Shown one piece after another: positions 20,099 to 30,163 of a DNA stretch of 64,000 nucleotides (within the stretch, counting starts at the first letter, position 1; every line of letters starts with the position of its first letter). A program made the translations under genes and the position numbers. The notes below the pieces were generated by a model that did no database searches, was not told the DNA's origin, and was given only the letters and a program-made list of their open reading frames with translations. Origin of the DNA: a virus (Duplodnaviria > Caudoviricetes); the IMG/VR virus record IMGVR_UViG_3300028833_000144, positions 1 to 64,000 of that record; one strand, given 5' to 3'.

Positions 20099-20445
20099 CC
20101 ATGCTCCTCATAATACTTTGCTTTCGCCTCTTCCCAAATAGGATTATCGTGAGGTATCTCCTCCCCACGTTTCTCGAACAGCAAATCCCTCAAAAAGAAT
20201 GTTACCTGTATCTGTGAACAAGATGAAAATAACTCCACCATACTAGACTTTCCATCCTCTTCAAATACCTGCTTCTTTATATGATACCTCGTAACCGTCT
20301 TATGCTTATCCGCACTCCAAAATTGAGAAGTATTGATTACAATAATCTCCCCCTCATATATCAACGCCTGTTGAAGTTTCTTTATAGTTTTAGTCTGTCC
20401 ACCTGCTCCCATAAAGTAAACTCCTAACTCAAATACTACCGCCAA
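20095..20445 (-). CDS. Hypothetical protein upstream of terS
   Basis: 116 aa ORF overlapping terS start by 4 nt. Confidence 0.55.
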   Translation of the reverse strand: MAVVFELGVYFMGAGGQTKTIKKLQQALIYEGEIIVINTSQFWSADKHKTVTRYHIKKQVFEEDGKSSMVELFSSCSQIQVTFFLRDLLFEKRGEEIPHDNPIWEEAKAKYYEEHG

Positions 20446-21585
20446 GAAGTTAATTTCCCTGTCGTAAGTACTTAATATAATTCCTCTAGTAAATCAGAAT
20501 ACTGTAATCACTCTCTATCCTACTCGCTGCCAGTCATCGGTATCTCTACCTAATCCGTTGCCACTTTCGGTGACCTCGATTCAGCCTATCCTTCTTTACT
20601 ATACCTAAAATATATCAAACACATTTCCAAATATCAAATTCATATATATTCCTTATTTCCCTACTCTCCACTCAAATATCCCCACTCTCCCCAATCACTC
20701 CCCCTCTCTCACTTTTCAAACTCGCCCCCACTTTATATATTTTTACCCCGTATAAAATACCAACTCCCAAGATCAACTCTCCCTCCCACATCCTCCCTCC
20801 TCAAAGGGTGTGTATCTCCCGTAATTGCTGCATCTGCGCCCCACTTTACTGTTTTTGGCTACACATCAAATTTGGGGTACGGGGGCACCCCCTGGCTTCA
20901 ACCTCCGGCGCTCCCGTGCCCGTGTGTCCCCCTGTTTCCCCTCACCGTGTTTCCCCCTGCCTGTCTGTCGATCCGTGACAATTTAGGGCGTGGGGGTGTC
21001 GTGTGGGTGGGTTGTGGGTTGCTTTTTTATCCTGTTTCCTGTTTTTGTTTCACGCCTGTTAAATACCCCGTAGAATCACGCTTGTTTTGTGTTGGCAGTA
21101 TAATTTCCTTTTTGTATTCTTACTTGATTAAATAAGGGCGTTTTCGTGCGTTATAGATAGCATTACTTTTTGGGGTTATTTCTTAAAATATAGGGGTTGT
21201 TTCTATCTATACATAATGCACAAAATAATTACATCATTTTTGGTGTTTTTATCAAGTGTTGATATTGGGGCGTTCTTGTATCATATAGTCAAGTTAGGTT
21301 TTGACGGGGGTTGATCCCGTGGGGCGTGGTGGCTCATTCGTACCTTTACAAGTTCATATATAGATGTCACTTATATGGTAGTGATTGCGCGCTCTGAAGG
21401 GGTTGACTTGTCCCTCCTTCGGTCTGTTGACGTGTCCAGATTTCAGAGTGTAGGCGTCCGAGAGGAAGAAGGATGATGTCTTTATTTGACTTTATACTTT
21501 AAGGGTCTTTTATGCCGTTAAGCGTGAATAATTAACGGCATTATAAAGCTTTTAAAGCTTATTTATTTTAAGGAGGTTTTACACC
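20446..21585. other. Long non-coding divergent control region / possible packaging or genome-end region
   Basis: No credible ORF; separates minus-strand late genes from plus-strand early genes; strong strand compositional skew. Confidence 0.65.
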
Positions 21586-21807
21586 ATGAAAACTACACTG
21601 ACCAATATCAAGGCTTTTTATTGTGAGGATATTACAAGATACTCTGATTCAGATATACAGGCGTTAAAGAATGAAGAGCAATTTTTCCATCGTGTAGCAT
21701 ATTCTATTGGCGTTTATGGTGTTACAGGGTGTGTATTACAGGGACACAAAACAGGTAAGTTATATAAAATTACTTCTCGCAATTCTAATTTATTTTATCT
21801 TTATTAA
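21586..21807 (+). CDS. Early hypothetical protein
   Basis: AAGGAGGT SD; first gene of plus-strand cluster. Confidence 0.65.
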   Translation: MKTTLTNIKAFYCEDITRYSDSDIQALKNEEQFFHRVAYSIGVYGVTGCVLQGHKTGKLYKITSRNSNLFYLY

Positions 21808-21957
21808 TGGGGGTTAATTGATTATGTATTCATTCTATACAAACGATAAAAACGGGGCGGTTTTAGTTTACTTCAACGGCAAGCTTAAGGCAGTTACAAA
21901 GGACACTAACAAGGCATTAACATATATCAATATTCATAATAAAAGGGGGTGCTGATT

Positions 21958-22137
21958 ATGACACGAGTTATCTATTGTGACCATTGTTTAGATTATTTGA
22001 AATCATGCGGTTATAAGATTTTCAAGGGTTCTGTTATTGATTCCGATGAGGTTATAGATAATTGTTTGAAGTGTGAATTTTGCATGAATGAAGATTATGA
22101 GGATATTGAGTTAATTGAATGTTATGAGGAGGTTTAA
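21958..22137 (+). CDS. Small acidic Cys-containing (CxxC..CxxC) protein
   Basis: YCDHC..CEFC; ATG at 21958. Confidence 0.55.
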   Translation: MTRVIYCDHCLDYLKSCGYKIFKGSVIDSDEVIDNCLKCEFCMNEDYEDIELIECYEEV

Positions 22138-22141
22138 TATT

Positions 22142-22564
22142 ATGCTAAAGACAAATTCAAAGAAGGCTATCGAGAACATAAAGGCATATATCGTGAAGGG
22201 TTTTGACGGTACAAATTACGAGCCTAGATTCAATTATATTGATGAGGCTATCGAGGACAATAAACACGGTGCAAACATTGACATTTTTTCACTTGTGGCA
22301 AATGCTATTTATAGTACTTTCGTAGATGAGTATATTCATGAGTACAACCGCAAAAGAAACAAGCAAGAAGTATTTATTGAATGGTGTACGTGTTTACCCT
22401 CGATTCTTGACACTTGTTACTACTATAACCGTTCAGCCGTTACGGATCTCGGAGACATTCTCGAACAAACAGAAGAAGAGCGTAACCGATATACAGAAGA
22501 ACAGGCAGAAGAAACACTGTCAAGGCTTATTTATCGAGAGATTATTAAGGCAACTAAACATTAA
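22142..22564 (+). CDS. Early hypothetical protein
   Basis: Start MLKTNSKK after GGAGGT. Confidence 0.65.
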   Translation: MLKTNSKKAIENIKAYIVKGFDGTNYEPRFNYIDEAIEDNKHGANIDIFSLVANAIYSTFVDEYIHEYNRKRNKQEVFIEWCTCLPSILDTCYYYNRSAVTDLGDILEQTEEERNRYTEEQAEETLSRLIYREIIKATKH

Positions 22565-22652
22565 TAATTCCAGGTTTTAGCGGTATCCCTCAACACCGCT
22601 GCCATAGGCTTATAGCCTTAATTTACACCACATTATTAAGGAGGATTTTACC

Positions 22653-22820
22653 ATGAAACAGTATATTTATGAATTGCCAAAAAAAAGACAGAATAAAATC
22701 CGTAAACAAGTTATTGAATGTTTGCATGGTATTGTTTCATCGGATCGTTTGGAAAGTGAAGTCAATATCATTATGACCGGAACTATTAACGATTTACGTT
22801 ATTTGGAGGTGGAATTATGA
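22653..22820 (+). CDS. Small early hypothetical protein (55 aa)
   Basis: AAGGAGG SD, MKQYIYELPKKRQN..LEVEL; below ORF-track cutoff. Confidence 0.5.
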   Translation: MKQYIYELPKKRQNKIRKQVIECLHGIVSSDRLESEVNIIMTGTINDLRYLEVEL

Positions 22821-22904
22821 TAAAAGAAATTTGCCGGATTTTCTACGAACTGTATTTTGATTATTGCATGAAGTATAACGAAAGATTTTTGGAGGACTGA
22901 TAAT

Positions 22905-23093
22905 ATGAATTTATTTAATTCGGAAAAATGGATTGAGCATAACGGATATTCTTTTGAGGTTACAAGCAATTCTATGGGCGTTTGTTTAACTTCTTACTTG
23001 CCTTATCATTGGAAAGTTTATAACGGATATTCATGGTTTGAAATGTTGGAAATGTTTACCCAGGAATTAAAGGAAATTGAGGAGGCTGCATAA
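22905..23093 (+). CDS. Small early hypothetical protein
   Basis: GGAGG SD. Confidence 0.55.
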   Translation: MNLFNSEKWIEHNGYSFEVTSNSMGVCLTSYLPYHWKVYNGYSWFEMLEMFTQELKEIEEAA

Positions 23094-23114
23094 ATTCTAT
23101 TATGGAAATTTATG

Positions 23115-23146
23115 TTGAAAATCAAGGAAACATTTATTAGAATGTT
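23115..23146 (+). promoter_or_regulatory. Sigma-70/SigA-type promoter with AACATT-N6-AATGTT operator
   Basis: TTGAAA(23115)-17 bp-TAGAAT; aacatttattagaatgtt at 23129-23146. Confidence 0.7.
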
Positions 23147-23179
23147 TATACACCACAAAACAAAACAGGAGGTTTTTAC

Positions 23180-23806
23180 ATGAACACTACAAAGCTTTAT
23201 CAGATCATCACGGAAAACAAGGACGGAATCGAAGCAGGCGTATATGATGTACTGCTTGGAATCGTTAAGGAAGAACTTGCAAAAGAATGTGAAAAGGCAG
23301 CAGGCAGGAAGGCTAATGTCCGGAAGGCAGCGGAAAGAATGTTGTCTAAAGATATTACAAGGGAATATCTTACTAAAACGCAGGTTAGAACTATTAACGG
23401 TGTAAAGTATTACGCACAAATTGACGGCTTTAGAATGTCCTGGTCACCTATTGATTTTGGTTTTGGAACTTGCGAGGAAAATGAATCTATAAACTTTGAA
23501 CGGATCATCGAATACAGATATAAGGAACCTGGAATCGTTAAGGTAAACAAGGCAGATTTGATGAATCATATTAAGACAATGAAGTATAGCGATTATGCCT
23601 GTCATGGAATTGTCCCTTATACAATTAAGTTTGGAAACGGGTGTGAAATTGACCTTAACCCAAAGTATTTAAAGGATGCACTCGATTTTACGGAAACAGA
23701 TGAACTTACCGTTGACTTTGGTGTAAAGGGTGCAGGTGCTTATCCCGTAATGCTCCATAACGAAAAGGAAGATCGTCATGCTCTTGTACTTCCTATAAGA
23801 AGATAA
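23180..23806 (+). CDS. Protein with sliding-clamp (DnaN) C-terminal-like segment
   Basis: C-terminal IDLNPKYLKDALDF..ALVLPIR resembles beta-clamp C-terminal domain. Confidence 0.4.
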   Translation: MNTTKLYQIITENKDGIEAGVYDVLLGIVKEELAKECEKAAGRKANVRKAAERMLSKDITREYLTKTQVRTINGVKYYAQIDGFRMSWSPIDFGFGTCEENESINFERIIEYRYKEPGIVKVNKADLMNHIKTMKYSDYACHGIVPYTIKFGNGCEIDLNPKYLKDALDFTETDELTVDFGVKGAGAYPVMLHNEKEDRHALVLPIRR

Positions 23807-23918
23807 GAATAAATCAGGTGTGCGATAGGCAAAGGCTAAAGGGTATATATTACCCCTAAGATGGAAACGGCAGACCGGTATTTGAACTACCTTTGAGCCC
23901 CCATCAATGCAGCATTAA

Positions 23919-24983
23919 ATGGAGTTTGACGAACAGCCTGATATTTATAAAAAGGAAGTTGCAGCTATGGAAGATCAGATTTATAAATCATTGTTGGAAT
24001 CTATCAATACAATCTTAACTGCTTACGGAATCACGGAAGATACACCCGTTAATTCTCTTACCAAAAATACAGTTAAGAATCTTACGAGATCAATCGCCGG
24101 AGTTTTGGAAACGGCAATCAAATATTCTAAGGAGGTATGAAACATGAACTATACTATCAGTACCGACAACAGAATCATTCATCTTGATAGTTTTAATGGA
24201 ACTGACTACCATGCGATAGTTTCAGAAATAGAAATTGACGATGATGGGAATGTGAAAGTGCTTAATGAGTTTGGAACATTCTACACTACATCTGAAATTG
24301 GAAATCTTATCGGTAAAACTGCTGAATATAAATTAAGAATGAGTACATACGAATAGGAGGATTGATTATGACCGTTAAGGACTTAAAGAAGATACTAAAA
24401 TTCTATGACGAGGAAGCGGAAGTTAAGATCATTGTTAATACGGATGACGTTCACTATGGTTACGGATTTTACCATGATAACAACGAGATCACTACGGAAA
24501 CGGAAGAAGAATACGGATATAACGATGATAGAGAAACACTTTATCTTCGAGCAGATATTTAAGGAGGTACGGTATGTATACAGTAATAATGAATGACGGA
24601 GACTATCGCTACATTAATGCTCGAAATAATAAAGAAGCATTACTCACATTTCATCTAATGTTTTCGGAAGAAGAGATAAAGGAAAAGGAAATAGAATTAC
24701 TTGATATATATGGAAATATAGTTAAGGAGGTAACAACATGAATTACTACTACACAATAGTTATCAGGGATAAAGAAAAGAATCTTAACTCCGCAGCGGTA
24801 TTGAAAGTAAATGAAGCATACAATCTTCTTGGTAAGTTAAAAGGTATTAAGAATCTTTACGCAGTACACCCTACGGAAACAAGAAAAAAGGCTTTTGAGT
24901 TAGCTAACTTTTGGAATGAATGTTACTTGAATAACGGTACTTATCCTTTTGATAGAGTATATCCTGCTTATGAATGGAGGTAA
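23919..24983 (+). other. Run of small early hypothetical ORFs (23919-24140, 24144-24356, 24362-24562, ~24573-24724, 24738-24983)
   Basis: Tightly packed, most with GGAGG SD; no recognised family. Confidence 0.6.
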
Positions 24984-25140
24984 TATCAATGACTACCAAA
25001 GAATTAGCGGAAAAGATTTATGAAACATTATTCGATTCGTTTGATGATGAAAATTCAGTAGAAGAAATTGAAAGAACTATTAAGGAAACACCGGAAGTAG
25101 TTATTGACTATATTCTTGAACAGTATAAGGAGGCTATTTT

Positions 25141-25452
25141 ATGAATAAAGTTTATTATGTAACGTGCGATAGACAGGGCGGAACATTCGGAATGGGTAGG
25201 TTGTTTACTGCTACAGAATGGCTTGAACAGGCAATTAACTGGGCTGATGATGATAATTGGTGGACTACAGATGAAGATGAAGAAGAAAAGTATAGAAAAG
25301 AGTTTATAAGTAATTCAGAACAGTTAATCAAAGAAGGAAAAGAACAGGATTTTATTGATTATATCGCTGATGTTTGGGAACTTGACTTTGAAGAGGGTGA
25401 TATTGAAAAGGGAATACCAGAAGAGTTTAATCCCTGGGATGATAACTATTAA
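25141..25452 (+). CDS. Highly acidic small protein
   Basis: DDDNWWTTDEDEEE; Asp/Glu-rich throughout. Confidence 0.6.
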   Translation: MNKVYYVTCDRQGGTFGMGRLFTATEWLEQAINWADDDNWWTTDEDEEEKYRKEFISNSEQLIKEGKEQDFIDYIADVWELDFEEGDIEKGIPEEFNPWDDNY

Positions 25453-25467
25453 GGAGGTAAATGAACT

Positions 25468-25677
25468 ATGCTGCCGGAAACATATTGGAAGAAAAACGGA
25501 ATTATCTACGGGGTAAGAAGCAGATACATAAAGCCTGGTGTTTGGCAGCATGAGTTTATTACCTTTAGGAATCTTAAAAAGGCAATGGAATGGAAAAAGA
25601 AAAAGGAATACGGATATACAAGAGAACTGTTAAGCAAGGATAGAGCAAAGGCTTTAGGAATGAAATTTGAGAAATAA
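25468..25677 (+). CDS. Small basic hypothetical protein
   Basis: AAGGAGGT SD. Confidence 0.55.
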   Translation: MLPETYWKKNGIIYGVRSRYIKPGVWQHEFITFRNLKKAMEWKKKKEYGYTRELLSKDRAKALGMKFEK

Positions 25678-25709
25678 TTGATTTTAAATCAAACGTGTAT
25701 TATAATATT
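25678..25709 (+). promoter_or_regulatory. SigA-type promoter with degenerate operator
   Basis: TTGATT(25678)-17 bp-TATAAT(25701); aacgtg-N6-aatatt. Confidence 0.7.
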
Positions 25710-25744
25710 TACAACACCACAATAACAGGAGGTTTTACAACATT

Positions 25745-26374
25745 ATGCCTATTACAAAGACAGAAAAAGAGAAGTTAAGAACAGAGTATTCAAAGGTATG
25801 GAAAGATCAGAAGATGGTTGACTATTGTGTAAACAAGGTTGCAGAGTATGCAGTATTATCAAACGGAAATATCGTAACTGTTGATAAGCAGACTATTGAA
25901 AAGGATTTCTGTTTTGGAGAATCCGGTTACGATTACGATGATGCTCAAGCTATGGCAGCACACGCAAGGAAGAGTGAAAAGTATTTCAAGGATAAGAACA
26001 TGGAATACTTCAAAGAATGGATTAATGATCTTACAAATTGTGTGAACGTGACTAACAACGGAAGATATGTTTTAGTTATAGCTCCAAAAGCTTATTATTC
26101 ACAAACAGAAGATTGCAAATTAGCAAGTATAACTTGGTGTAAACTGACTGACGTTATAGATTCTATGGGCGGCTCGTGCTACGTTGAAGATTTACCTGGA
26201 ACGGAAGTTACTGTTTGTGGAACTCTTTACAGAATCGCAACGAAAGAAGAAGTATATCAGATTTATGAGATGTACCGAAGAGCAGAAAAGAATCACGAAA
26301 AGAAAGTTGACAGTTATTTGAAGAGATACGGCACATCGAAAGTTAATTCATGGACGTATTGGAGAGATGCTTGA
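25745..26374 (+). CDS. Conserved phage hypothetical protein
   Basis: 209 aa; ends YLKRYGTSKVNSWTYWRDA. Confidence 0.65.
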   Translation: MPITKTEKEKLRTEYSKVWKDQKMVDYCVNKVAEYAVLSNGNIVTVDKQTIEKDFCFGESGYDYDDAQAMAAHARKSEKYFKDKNMEYFKEWINDLTNCVNVTNNGRYVLVIAPKAYYSQTEDCKLASITWCKLTDVIDSMGGSCYVEDLPGTEVTVCGTLYRIATKEEVYQIYEMYRRAEKNHEKKVDSYLKRYGTSKVNSWTYWRDA

Positions 26375-26390
26375 AAGGAGGTTTTACAAC

Positions 26391-27098
26391 ATGGCATATA
26401 CAGGAATGGTTTACGATTTCTATGAGGACTTAATTACAAGACACCAACACATTATGATAGCCGGAATGACGGGAAGTGGTAAGTCTGTAATTATGAACGG
26501 AATGATTTACTCAATTCTCTTTCGTGATCCAGGCATGAACAGAATGGTGCTTCTTGATCCTAAACGAGTAGAGTTATCAATGTACAAGGATATGCCCCAC
26601 GTTGACGCTTTCGCTTCGGAAATATACGAGATAGAAAAGATGTTGACCGCTTGCCTTTACGTTATTGAAGCACGATTTAAGGAAATGGAAACAAGAAGAG
26701 AAAAGTTATACACGGGACCTAAACTATATATTTTCGTAGATGAAATGGCAGATTTGGTTTTGTGTAATACCGGAATAAAGAAATTAATTCAGAGAATCGC
26801 ACAAATAGGAAGAGCAGCGAATGTTCAGTTGATATGTGCAACACAATGTCCGAAGTCTAATGTAATTCCTACGGAGATCAAAGTAAACTTTGGTGTGATT
26901 ATCGGATTACATACAAGAAACAGGCAGGATAGCAGGAACATCTTGGATAGATCGGGTTGCGAATTGTTACCTAACTACGGAAGATGTTTAATGCAGATAG
27001 CGGATAAGGTGGAACTTCTTAACCTCGATGTGCCTATGATACCGGAAGTTAAGATAGAAGAAGCCATGCAGCAGAGATTATTAATGGAGGTAAGTTGA
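26391..27098 (+). CDS. FtsK/SpoIIIE-family ATPase (motor domain only)
   Basis: HIMIAGMTGSGKS, LLDPKRVEL, YIFVDEMADL, RIAQIGRAANVQLICATQ.P. Confidence 0.9.
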   Translation: MAYTGMVYDFYEDLITRHQHIMIAGMTGSGKSVIMNGMIYSILFRDPGMNRMVLLDPKRVELSMYKDMPHVDAFASEIYEIEKMLTACLYVIEARFKEMETRREKLYTGPKLYIFVDEMADLVLCNTGIKKLIQRIAQIGRAANVQLICATQCPKSNVIPTEIKVNFGVIIGLHTRNRQDSRNILDRSGCELLPNYGRCLMQIADKVELLNLDVPMIPEVKIEEAMQQRLLMEVS

Positions 27099-27099
27099 T

Positions 27100-28980
27100 A
27101 TGACAGTATATACAGTAAGAAAAATAGAATTGAAGCCAGGAATGACATTTACAGATCGTATAGTTGCTTATGAAGAAGCGGAGAAGATATATTGCAAGGG
27201 TATGAAAGAAGTAGAGAAGTTTGTTGGTGGTAAGTTGCATAGAGGGCGTTGTGGATATTCTGGAATCGTAGGCAATACGGAATATATCGCAGAAAAGTCA
27301 TACACAATTAAGGAGGTATAACATGAACATTAACGAAATTGCAGATAGATTAAATAAGGAGCATTACAGGCTTGGAACTTCACTTCTTGCTATTGTAGAT
27401 ATGTGTGAGAACGGGAGAAATAGTGATTATCTTGACGGGTACACTCATGCTTTGTATATGGCAGATGTAATTACAGATGAAGAGAAGTATATCATTAGAG
27501 AATATTGTAAGAGAAGAGTATATGTAGTTGCTAATTCTCATACCGGAATACCTTACAGAAACCAGGAATACATGACGGAATCAGAATGTGAAGAATGGAT
27601 CAGGCGTGACATGGAAGAGAATGAACAGTTAGGTCTTAACCCTAGCAGAGAAGATTATGAGATACAGGATCATAGTGAGTTTATTAAGGAGGCATGATTA
27701 TGGGTTATACAAGATATTGGAAGAGAACAGATAAGGCTATTACAGAAGATTTTGTTAAGAAGGTTTATGAGGTTATTGGTAATTCTATCTCAAGAGGTAT
27801 TGTTATTTGCGGTTGGGACGGAACAGGAACACCGGAAGTATCAACAGAAGCTATCTCATTCAACGGAAATGGTAATAGAGGATTAGACCATGAAACACTT
27901 TTTATTGGCAAGGAAACAGGATTCAATTTCTGCAAGACTGCTTGTAAACCTTATGACTATACAGTAAGAGAAGTATTAAGAGCAGCAGAAAAGGAAGGAT
28001 TGATTTATGATCTGTCAGATGACGGAGAAAATGAAGAGATTATTTCCGATGATGATTATATCAAGAGGTATGGAGCATGAAAGAAATTAGAAACATTACA
28101 ACAGTTACTTATGAACTTAATAATGGATTCAGATGTGATGTAGTAATTACAACAGATATGATAGAAGCCTGGATTTACCATGAAGATTATGGAATTAAGT
28201 CTCACATCTTCGGAATGGATAATAAGAATACATCTCTTGATGAAGTTATTTCTATCATTAATGAATGTTCAGAAGAATACATGGATAGTTACCGTAATGA
28301 GTTTATGGATTACTGTTATCTATGAAAGATGTGTTGGAGGATTAACATGACTAACTTTGAATGGATAGTATTAGCACTTGGATTATTATTCTTAAATATC
28401 AGTTGGTTTGCTTTGTATTATAAGATCAATATGGAGGTTCACGATGACTAAAGAAGAGATTATTAAGGAATTATGGAATTGTCGTGACGAATTATGTTTG
28501 AGGTGTGGGAAATACCAAGACGCATGGAAAGGAGCTTGTAACGACTGCCGGTATAACTTCGAGAATATGGAGAAGTGGAAGGAGGCAGACGATGTATAAG
28601 GTAGAATATGAAATCAGTTTTAGCGCAATATCGGCACACGGAAAAGAAGAAACTATCCGTTCAGAAAAGTTGTTTGATAACTTTGTCCAAGCATTAGCTT
28701 TTGCACATGATGTAAACGGAGAAGTAGTTGTAGAGGAAAATAGATGATAGTAGTAGCAGTAATATTTTTCCTTATTGGAATGGCAACCGGAATTATCGTG
28801 TATTGTTATACATCTGTTATCAGATATGAAAAGGATATTGAAGTTATCTTGGAACGGATCAATAAAGAACATCAAGAAGAACTTAATAGGAAAGAAGAAG
28901 AGAATAAAAGGCTTCACGATAGCCTTATGGAAGCACAGGTAAAGCTGGCAGAAAAGAAGGTGAGGAAGAATGCAAATTAA
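27100..28980 (+). other. Run of small hypothetical ORFs (27100-27321, 27323-27697, 27694-28080, 28077-28325, ~28445-28597, ~28593-28747, 28744-28980 with TM + coiled coil)
   Basis: Tight packing with SD sequences and ATGA overlaps. Confidence 0.6.
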
Positions 28981-29248
28981 CTTTGATGCTGTTGAGAAAG
29001 ATGTTAAAGGTAGGCTTATTCATAATGAGTGTTCTAAAGAATATTCAGATGGTGCTATGGATGCTTTGAGTATTGTTAAACTTCATGGCTATGATAGACC
29101 GACAGGACACTGGGTACCAAAAAAATGCAATTTCTATTGGTATAGACAGTTTGCTTGCTCCGAGTGCGAGCATGAAATAATCTGCCGTAAAAAAACACCG
29201 AACTTTTGCGAGAATTGCGGAGCTGATATGAGAGGAGAACGAAAATGA
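28970..29248 (+). CDS. Zn-ribbon protein (..CSEC..CENCGADMR)
   Basis: Common phage small Zn-finger family. Confidence 0.65.
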   Translation: MQINFDAVEKDVKGRLIHNECSKEYSDGAMDALSIVKLHGYDRPTGHWVPKKCNFYWYRQFACSECEHEIICRKKTPNFCENCGADMRGERK

Positions 29249-29397
29249 GAAAGTATAAGTGCTATTACTGCGGAGCTATCATAGACCATTTCCTGTATCT
29301 GTACGACAGTTCCCCGAGAGGCGATGATGAATCTGTCTGCCCTGTATGCAGGCATGATGATGGATTTGAGGAAGTAAAGGAGGAAGAAGATGCCTGA
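29245..29397 (+). CDS. Small Zn-finger protein MRKYKCYYC.. (paralogue of 29813-30163 N-terminus)
   Basis: 50 aa, CxxC..CxxC; not in ORF track. Confidence 0.6.
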   Translation: MRKYKCYYCGAIIDHFLYLYDSSPRGDDESVCPVCRHDDGFEEVKEEEDA

Positions 29398-29543
29398 TAT
29401 TAATTTTCGCAACAAAATGATCGTGAACGATAGCGGAATATGTCAGAGATTGTACATTGATAATAAGATTTTTGGAGATAAGATCGTGATCACGAAAGAA
29501 GCGTTCATCGAAGCATATTATCGCTACATCAAGGAGGCTGAGA

Positions 29544-29816
29544 ATGAAGATAGTAATTGATATTCCTGAAATGGCTTACGAGGCTTATAAGGAATGGCAT
29601 AAAAACAAGGTTGCAACGGTTGAGCAGAGCCTTATAGCGCAAGGCGCACCTTATGAAGCAAGACCAACAGGCGAGTGGATAGTAGGTGAATATATGGATT
29701 GTCATTCAGATATATTGCCTGAATATACTTGTCCCTTTTGCGGTGAAGTAGAGTATAGAAAATATGATTTTTGCCATTGTGGAGCTGATATGCGAGTTAA
29801 AGGAGGCAGAGAATGA
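29544..29816 (+). CDS. Zn-ribbon protein (MKIVIDIP..CPFC..CHCGADMR)
   Basis: Same family as 28970-29248 C-terminus. Confidence 0.65.
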   Translation: MKIVIDIPEMAYEAYKEWHKNKVATVEQSLIAQGAPYEARPTGEWIVGEYMDCHSDILPEYTCPFCGEVEYRKYDFCHCGADMRVKGGRE

Positions 29817-30163
29817 GAAAGTATAAGTGTTTTTATTGTGGAAAGATTATTGACCATTTTGAGTACAGATATGATTCTGCTCCTAATGGAGATGATATAT
29901 CTGTTTGTCCCGAATGTGGACATGATGACGGATTCGAGGAAGTAGAATCATTAGACAAGGAATCATGTGAGAAACTGATGTTGGAAAAGATAAAGGAACT
30001 ACTCGATATTTTCCATAAGTACGATCCTGCCGGAAATTATCTTACGTTCTCATATATTAATGAGAATGATGATAACTACATTAACTGTTATTCAATAGAA
30101 GAGTATGGAAGTATGCCCCCTGTTGACGTTCTTTCGTATAAAGGAAAGGAAGATAAAGCATGA
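29813..30163 (+). CDS. Zn-finger protein MRKYKCFYC..
   Basis: CxxC..CxxC N-terminus. Confidence 0.6.
   Translation: MRKYKCFYCGKIIDHFEYRYDSAPNGDDISVCPECGHDDGFEEVESLDKESCEKLMLEKIKELLDIFHKYDPAGNYLTFSYINENDDNYINCYSIEEYGSMPPVDVLSYKGKEDKA

Noticed and set aside
20872-21135. 87-aa ORF in the non-coding region
   Set aside because: Low-complexity Pro/Cys/Val composition, TTG start, no SD; likely spurious
23810-23918. c-di-GMP-I riboswitch call
   Set aside because: Only partial GCAAAG/CUAA resemblance; P1/P2 architecture and GAAA tetraloop-receptor not evident, so kept only as a low-interest structured segment
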